Shown here: positions 58,322-64,000 of the stretch, one piece after another
Position numbering within the stretch: position 1 is the first letter of the stretch
Layout of the letters: every line of letters begins with the position of its first letter
Assembly: GCA_033764015.1 (NCBI GenBank)
Contig: JANRJK010000005.1
Coordinates: 17,659 to 81,658 of the forward strand
DNA from: Candidatus Sumerlaeia bacterium
Lineage (GTDB): Bacteria; Sumerlaeota; Sumerlaeia; SLMS01; JANRJK01
Direction of reading: 5' to 3'
DNA length: 64,000 bases
Made by a program: the position numbers and the translations under genes
The notes under the pieces: model-generated
The model's input: the letters and a program-made list of their open reading frames with translations, nothing else
The model's database searches: none
Told to the model about the DNA's origin: nothing

Positions 58322-61003
58322 TCACCCGTCGCGCTTCTGAATGATCCCCCGGAGCAGGGTGGTGACAAGGGCAGTCCACCCCGTCTGGTGGGAGGCGCCG
58401 ACGCCGCGTCCGCTGTCGCCGTGGAAGTACTCGTAGAAGAGGATCAGATCGCGCCACGCCGGGTCCTGCGCGTAGAGGGGATGCCCGTCGTGAGCGGGTC
58501 GGTGGCCCTCGCCGTCGCGGAGGAAGATCGCCGCGAGCCGCTCCGCCAGCAGCGCCGACGCTTCGCCCAGGGTGACCCAGTTGCCGGAGCGGGTCGGGAA
58601 CTCCACCTTGAAGTCGTCGCCGTAGAAGTGGTGGTAGCGCTCGAGCGATTCGACGATGAGGAAGTTGATCGGGAACCAGATCGGGCCGCGCCAGTTGGAG
58701 TTGCCGCCGAAGAGCCAGGTGTCCGACTCGCCGGGGGTGTAGCGGACCTCGTACTGCTGCCCGCCGACGCGGAGCCGGTAGGGCGGGTCGCTGTGGGCCC
58801 GCGAGAGGCCGCGGATGCCGTAGTCCGACAGGAACTCGTCCTCGTCGAAGACGTAGCGGAGCATGCGCGCGAGCCGGTCGCGGGAGGGGATCGCGAGGAG
58901 CCGAAGCGCGCCGCACGCCGCCTGCCGTTCGCCGAGGAGGGAGATCGTCTTCTCGAGCCCGTGCGTGTTCGCGAGGAACCACTGCATGCGGCGGGAGAAG
59001 TTGGGGAGCTTCTCGAGCTGGCACTCGTCGAGGACTTCGACCGCGATGACGGGGAGGATGCCGACCAGGGAGCGCGTCTTGAGCGGCACGGAGCCGCCGC
59101 CGTCGAGTTGGATCTTGTCGTAGTAGAAGCCGTCCTCCTCGTCCCAGAGGCCGTTGCCGCCGATGAAGTTCATCGCGTCGGCGATCGAGAGGAAGTGCTC
59201 GAAGAACTTCGTCGCGATGTCCTCGTAGACGGAGTTGAACTGGGCGAGCTCGAGCGCCATGGAGAGCATCGTGCCGGAGTAGAACGCCATCCAGGCGGTG
59301 CCGTCCGACTGCTCGAGGTGGCCGCCAGTGGGGAGCGGCTGGTTGCGGTCGAAGACGCCGATGTTGTCGAGCCCGAGGAACCCGCCGCCGAAGACGTTGT
59401 TGCCGTTCGGGTCCTTCCGGTTCACCCACCAGGTGAAGTTCATGAGGAGCTTGTGGAAGACGCGTTCGAGGAAGCGGACGTCGCGGGCGCCGCGGGGGCC
59501 GGTCATCTTGTAGACGCGCCAGGTGGCCCAGGCGTGGACCGGCGGGTTCACGTCGCCGAAGGCGAACTCGTAGGCGGGGATCTGCCCGTTCGGGTGCATG
59601 AACCACTCGCGCGTCAGCAGGTCGAGCTGCCCCTTCGCGAAGTCCGGGTCGATCTTGGCGAACGGGATCATGTGGAAGGCGAGGTCCCAGGCGGCGAACC
59701 AGGGGTACTCCCACTTGTCGGGCATGGAGAGCACGTCGGCGCAGTTGAAGTGCTGCCACTCGCGGTTGCGGCCCCGGCGGCGCCCGGCGGGGGGCGGCGG
59801 ATGGCCGGGATCGCCCTCGATCCATTCGCGCACGAAGTAGTGGTAGAACTGCTTGGTCCAGACGAGGCCCGCGTGGCCTTGGCGTAGCACCGCCTTCTCG
59901 TCCGGCGTGCCGCGCCCGGCGGTCAGCGACTCGTGGAACTCGTCCGCTTCCGCGATGCGCTGGGCGAAGAGCTTGTCGAACGCGGCGCCGAAGGCCGCCT
60001 TCGGCATCCTGGCCTTCGCGCAGAGCCGCGCCCGCACGGTGAACTCGCCTCCCGCGGGGATGATCGCCGGTAGGAGGACCGCGGCCTTGGTGCCGACGCC
60101 CTCCGGGTTCACGGCGGCGTCGTCGCCGTGGACCACGAAGCGGTCGAAGGCGTCCTTGACGTGCGGCGTCTTGTTGGGCTGCCCGTACAGGCGCTGGAAG
60201 TTCGTCTCGTTGTCGGTGAAGAGCCAGCGCCCGTCGGTGCCCTCCGGCGCCTCGACCGCGAATGCGTAGGGATCGAGCGCCTCGTGCTCCGTGACGACGC
60301 CGGGGCCGCCGCGGCGGATCGCGGGCTTGGCCGTGTTGCCTTCGTGGCGCGCGCCCCAGCTCCAGGTGTTGCGGAACCAGAGCGTCGGGAGCAGCGCCAG
60401 CCGGGCCGGCGCGGGGCCGCGGTTCGCCACCGTGATCCGGATCAGGATGTCGTCCTCGGATGCCTTCGCGTACTCGACGAACACGTCGAAGTAGCGGCCG
60501 TCGTCGAAGACGCCGGTGTCGAGCAGCTCGAACTCGCCCTCGTGCTTGCCGCGGTGCCGGTTGCCGTGGACGAGCGCACCGTAGGGGAACTCCGCCTGCG
60601 GGTACTTGTAGAGCGCCTTCAGGTAGGAGTGGGACGGCGTCGCGTCGAGGTGGTAGTACAGCTCCTTCACGTCCTCGCCGTGGTTGCCTTCCGGGCCGGT
60701 GAGTCCGAAGAGGCGCTCCTTGAGGATGGGGTCGCGGCCGTTCCACAGGGCGACGGCGAAGCAGAGGCGGGCCTTCTCGTCGCTGATGCCGAGCAGGCCG
60801 TCCTCGCCCCAGCGGTAGGCGCGCGAGCGGGCGTGGTCGTGGGGGAAGTAGTTCCAGCAGTCGCCCCCGTCGGAGTAGTCCTCGCGGACGGTGCCCCACT
60901 GGCGGTCCGAAAGGTACGGGCCCCAGAAGTTCCACCCGGCCTTGCCTTCGGACTGTTCGGCGAGGCGGCGCTTCTCGGCGGTTTCGTTGATTTGCTTGGC
61001 CAT
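58322..61003 (-). CDS. MGH1-like glycoside hydrolase (GH63 glucosidase)
   Basis: WGPYLSDRQWGTVREDYS, SMPDKWEYPWFAAWDLAFH, GNSNWRGPIW, GASHQTGWT; GGAGG RBS. Confidence 0.92.
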   Translation of the reverse strand: MAKQINETAEKRRLAEQSEGKAGWNFWGPYLSDRQWGTVREDYSDGGDCWNYFPHDHARSRAYRWGEDGLLGISDEKARLCFAVALWNGRDPILKERLFGLTGPEGNHGEDVKELYYHLDATPSHSYLKALYKYPQAEFPYGALVHGNRHRGKHEGEFELLDTGVFDDGRYFDVFVEYAKASEDDILIRITVANRGPAPARLALLPTLWFRNTWSWGARHEGNTAKPAIRRGGPGVVTEHEALDPYAFAVEAPEGTDGRWLFTDNETNFQRLYGQPNKTPHVKDAFDRFVVHGDDAAVNPEGVGTKAAVLLPAIIPAGGEFTVRARLCAKARMPKAAFGAAFDKLFAQRIAEADEFHESLTAGRGTPDEKAVLRQGHAGLVWTKQFYHYFVREWIEGDPGHPPPPAGRRRGRNREWQHFNCADVLSMPDKWEYPWFAAWDLAFHMIPFAKIDPDFAKGQLDLLTREWFMHPNGQIPAYEFAFGDVNPPVHAWATWRVYKMTGPRGARDVRFLERVFHKLLMNFTWWVNRKDPNGNNVFGGGFLGLDNIGVFDRNQPLPTGGHLEQSDGTAWMAFYSGTMLSMALELAQFNSVYEDIATKFFEHFLSIADAMNFIGGNGLWDEEDGFYYDKIQLDGGGSVPLKTRSLVGILPVIAVEVLDECQLEKLPNFSRRMQWFLANTHGLEKTISLLGERQAACGALRLLAIPSRDRLARMLRYVFDEDEFLSDYGIRGLSRAHSDPPYRLRVGGQQYEVRYTPGESDTWLFGGNSNWRGPIWFPINFLIVESLERYHHFYGDDFKVEFPTRSGNWVTLGEASALLAERLAAIFLRDGEGHRPAHDGHPLYAQDPAWRDLILFYEYFHGDSGRGVGASHQTGWTALVTTLLRGIIQKRDG

Positions 61004-61032
61004 GGGATGATTCCTCCGGGGTGTCGGTCGGG

Positions 61033-62031
61033 TCAGCGTGCGGTCGGGTTGTCGATGATCAGGACGTTGTGGCCGTCGGGGTCTGCGACGAGGGCGGCGA
61101 GGCGCCCGCCGCCGCCGGGGATCGGCACGGCGCCCGGCGAGACCCACGTTCCCTCGCGCGCGGGCAGCGCCGTGGCCGTCTCCTCGGCGCTGTCGACGCC
61201 GATGATCGTGTGCCAGTGGGCGAGGTCGTTGGCGCGGAGGTCCTGCGGGTAGGGGCGTCCGCCTTGGGGGGCGAGGTACTCGAGGAACTCGACTCCGGGG
61301 CCGGATTCGCCCTTGAGGCCGGTGATGCGCAGCCGCGCGCCGAAGACGTTGTTGAGGCGCTCCTGCTCGATGCCGTGGTTCTCGCTGGAGCCCGCCACCT
61401 CGAGGCCGAGGGCGTCGCGGTAGAAGGCGAGGCTCGCCTCCGTGTCGTCCACCACGATGGCGGTGTGGTCGATGCCGAGGAAGAGCTTCCCGGAGGGCTG
61501 CCGCCAGCGCGGGTCGCCCTTCCCCTCCGGGAAGTGGATCACTTCGAGCACGTGTCCGTCCGGGTCCTTGAAGTAGAACGCCGAGATGCCGCCGGCGTTC
61601 GGATTCCAGTCGGGCAGCGTCTGCGGCCCGGCGGACGCGTGGCGGACGTTGTGCGCGCGGAGATGGGCGTAGGCGCGGTCCATATCGGACACCACGATGG
61701 CGATGTGCTGGAACCAGTGGTCGTTGCTACGCGAGTCCGTCGGCACTGGCCTACCCTCCGGCGCGAGGAAGTCGGTGAGCTCGATCTCCTCCGAGCCGAG
61801 CCGGAGCCGGGCGCGGCGGGCGACTACGCCGAAGACGCCGCTCAGGCGCTCGATGCCGTCCCCTACCAACTCGCTCTCGCCGGTCTTCTCGAAGCCGAGC
61901 GCATCCTGGTAGAAGGCGACGGACTTGTCGAGGTCATCCACGGTGATGCCGACGCCGCGGACATGGACCCCGGCGGCGGCGGCGAGGGGGAGCAGCAGGA
62001 GGGTCGCGGCGAGGCCGCGGGGGTTCTTCAC
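61033..62031 (-). CDS. exported tandem VOC/glyoxalase-family protein
   Basis: Signal peptide; FQHIAIVVSD, FKDPDGHVLE, GIDHTAIVV; GTGA overlap with the upstream gene. Confidence 0.85.
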   Translation of the reverse strand: MKNPRGLAATLLLLPLAAAAGVHVRGVGITVDDLDKSVAFYQDALGFEKTGESELVGDGIERLSGVFGVVARRARLRLGSEEIELTDFLAPEGRPVPTDSRSNDHWFQHIAIVVSDMDRAYAHLRAHNVRHASAGPQTLPDWNPNAGGISAFYFKDPDGHVLEVIHFPEGKGDPRWRQPSGKLFLGIDHTAIVVDDTEASLAFYRDALGLEVAGSSENHGIEQERLNNVFGARLRITGLKGESGPGVEFLEYLAPQGGRPYPQDLRANDLAHWHTIIGVDSAEETATALPAREGTWVSPGAVPIPGGGGRLAALVADPDGHNVLIIDNPTAR

Positions 62032-62641
62032 GAGAGGCGCTCCTGGAGATGCGCCCCGACACGCAGGGCGTTGGCGATGATGGTGAGCGACGGGTTCACC
62101 GCGCCGCTGGAGGGGAAGAAGCTGGCGTCCACGACATAGAGGTTGTCGAGGTCGTGCGCCTTGCAGTCGAGGTCGAGCACGGAGGCCGCCGGGTCCTCGC
62201 CGAAGCGCGCGGTGCCGCACTGGTGCGAGTTCACGCCGATCGGCATCACCTGCGCGCGGAAGTGGTCCTGGGCGCGGTAGCCGGGGCCCTCGATCGTCGC
62301 GAGGATCTCCGCCAGCTTCGCGGTCAGGCGCTCGTGCGCGACGGTGTTGTTGCGCGAGTAGCGCACGCGGATCGCGCCGTCGGGATCGAGCGCCACGCGG
62401 TTCGCCGGGTCCGGCAGATCCTCCGACGTGATCCAGAACTCGAGGGAGTGCGTGGCGAGGAATCCACTCTCGTGGCCGCCCGCGACGCCCGGCGGCCAGG
62501 CTTCGAGGATCTCCGGCGGCATGCGGTTCAGCGGCTGGACCAGCCCCCTCGGATAGGGCCAGTCGGCGGTCGCCGAGTAGAAGTCGCTGAGCCCCCAGGT
62601 CTTTTGGAGCGTGCTGCGGTTTTCGGTGAAGGAGAGCGAGA
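62028..62641 (-). pseudogene. GMC oxidoreductase, 3' portion only (interrupted by IS110)
   Basis: SEDLPDPANRV, HQCGTARFG, LDNLYVVDASFFPSSGAVNPSLTI; N-terminal FAD-binding part absent. Confidence 0.85.
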
Positions 62642-62655
62642 AGATGGTGTGTTCC

Positions 62656-63669
62656 TCACGCAAGGTTTTTTGCGTCCTCCCGGTCGTTGTTTTCCACAGG
62701 CTCTTCGTAGTCTTTCCCGCCCACGACGAGGGCCCTCATGAGGATGAGTTGCTTGCGCATGAGGGCTCCGAGGGCGCACTTGGGCGCCTTGCCGTGGGCG
62801 AGCAGGCGGTCGTAGGTGGCCTTCATGCCGCTGGCCATGCGCGACGTGCTCACGGCGGACATGTAGAGGATCGCGCGGATGGCGGGGTTGCCTTGCTTGC
62901 ATAGGCGGGCACGGCCCCGCACGGTGGCGCCGGATTCGAACCGCCGCGGCGAGAGGCCGGCGAAGGCCGCGAGCTGGCGCCCGCTGCCGAAGCGGCGAAG
63001 GTCGCCGAGCTCGCCGAGGATCGTCGCGGCGGTCACGGGGCCGACGCCCGGGATCGTGCACAGCCGCCGCGAGTCGGCGGCGAGGCGCGCGTCGCTGGCG
63101 ATGACGCGCTCCATCTCCTCCTCGATGCGGGCGATGGCGGCCTGGGTTGCCTTGAGGATGCGGTTGCGCTCGCGCGAGACGAAGCGGCTGCCGGTGCCCT
63201 CGCCGATGCGGTTCTTGAGCCGCGTGGCCTCGTCGACGAGTTCGCGCCGCTCGCGCACGAGCGCGCGGAGCTCGAGCACCACGGGCCCTGGGGCCTCGTA
63301 AGGCGCGGGCGAGCGCTCCGCCCCCATGCGGGCGAGCACGCACGCGTCGACGCGGTCGGTCTTGTTGCGCGTGCCGATGCTCTGCGCGAAGCGCTTCGCA
63401 TGGAGCGGGTTGACGCAGGCCGGCGCGAGCGCCGCGTCGGCCTCGAGGAGCCAGGCGATGGCCTCCGAGGAATAGTTCCCGGTGGCCTCCATGACGGCCC
63501 GCACGGCGGCGTGTGCGCCGCACCGCGCGCGGGCCCAGTCGGAGAGCCTCCTCATGCCCGAGCGCGTACGCTCGAACGTGGCGGACTCGCGCGATGGGTG
63601 GATCGCAGCCTCGACGGTTGCCTTGGCGACGTCGATGCCGATCCAGAACGTGAACAACTGTGCTTGCAT
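62656..63669 (-). CDS. IS110 DEDD recombinase/transposase
   Basis: GIDVAK, MEATG, KTDRVDA, IPGVGP, AFAGLSP..FESG; AAGGAGG RBS before ATG 63669. Confidence 0.95.
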   Translation of the reverse strand: MQAQLFTFWIGIDVAKATVEAAIHPSRESATFERTRSGMRRLSDWARARCGAHAAVRAVMEATGNYSSEAIAWLLEADAALAPACVNPLHAKRFAQSIGTRNKTDRVDACVLARMGAERSPAPYEAPGPVVLELRALVRERRELVDEATRLKNRIGEGTGSRFVSRERNRILKATQAAIARIEEEMERVIASDARLAADSRRLCTIPGVGPVTAATILGELGDLRRFGSGRQLAAFAGLSPRRFESGATVRGRARLCKQGNPAIRAILYMSAVSTSRMASGMKATYDRLLAHGKAPKCALGALMRKQLILMRALVVGGKDYEEPVENNDREDAKNLA

Positions 63670-63714
63670 GGCAGTCCTCCTTGGTGGGACTTGATGGGTC
63701 TTGGTGCCCACGCG

Positions 63715-63990
63715 GGAACCGCTCTTGCAGGATGCGGGCTTCGATTCGAGGGGCCCGGGATGGCAGTCCGGTCTTCGGGTGGAGCACGTTAGGAAGGGGT
63801 GGGAGAATCTTCGCGTCAGGCTGCGAAAGCGCCTCAGCCGCGAACCGGCCTCACCCCTTCCGATCCCCCCCGCACGGCCGCGCGGAGGGAAACCAGCGGG
63901 GAGTTCTCCACAGATCGGCGCGGATGTTAAGTCCCCCCGCGCCCCCCTGTGATGGTGACGGGGGACATCCCCATCGAGAACCCCGGGGGA
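63715..63990 (-). ncRNA. putative IS110 bridge RNA (5' and 3' ends approximate)
   Basis: Target-binding loop closed by the 10-bp stem 63852-63861/63792-63801, and a donor-binding loop at 63717-63772, with guide segments matching the element ends and the insertion flank. Confidence 0.75.
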
Positions 63991-64000
63991 AACATACAAG

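Larger units (their letters stand above)
62642..64000 (-). mobile_element. IS110-family insertion sequence (IS621-like, CT core at both ends)
   Basis: Minus strand starts CT-TGTAT at 64000 and ends ACACCAT-CT at 62642; no terminal inverted repeats; long left end, short right end. Confidence 0.85.

Noticed and set aside
466..62139. Many long Arg/Pro/Ala-rich alternative-frame or antisense ORFs (e.g. 466-3093, 17306-20116, 24618-27446, 54641-57727, 58062-60935)
   Set aside because: Shadow ORFs expected at about 70% GC; they overlap well-supported genes and carry no motifs
63670..63999. 110-aa N-terminal extension of the transposase
   Set aside because: A strong RBS precedes ATG 63669; the region is better explained as structured non-coding left end

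Overview
High-GC (roughly 70%) bacterial chromosomal window of about 48 genes, mostly housekeeping and metabolic. It holds a complete succinate/propionate methylmalonyl-CoA operon with a Na+-pumping decarboxylase (645-12067, minus), tRNA-Ser(CGA), c-di-GMP and two-component genes, pilC, miaB, rarA, a lower-GC ietAS-like ATPase/S8-protease defence pair and a Ser/Thr kinase. A GMC-VOC-GH63 cluster near the right edge is interrupted by an IS110 element. Two features stand out. (1) At 16.2-17.2 kb a secreted Cys-rich leader ORF ends in an RGPP ribosome-arrest-type motif. An anti-Shine-Dalgarno sequence follows it directly and is complementary to the RBS of a secreted 27-Cys metallothionein-like protein, suggesting a metal-sensing translational switch on an exported metallothionein. 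(2) At 62642-64000 the IS110 element has a non-coding left end that can be read as a bridge RNA, whose guide segments match its own donor ends and the visible insertion flank. All calls come from reading the sequence by eye; no searches were run.
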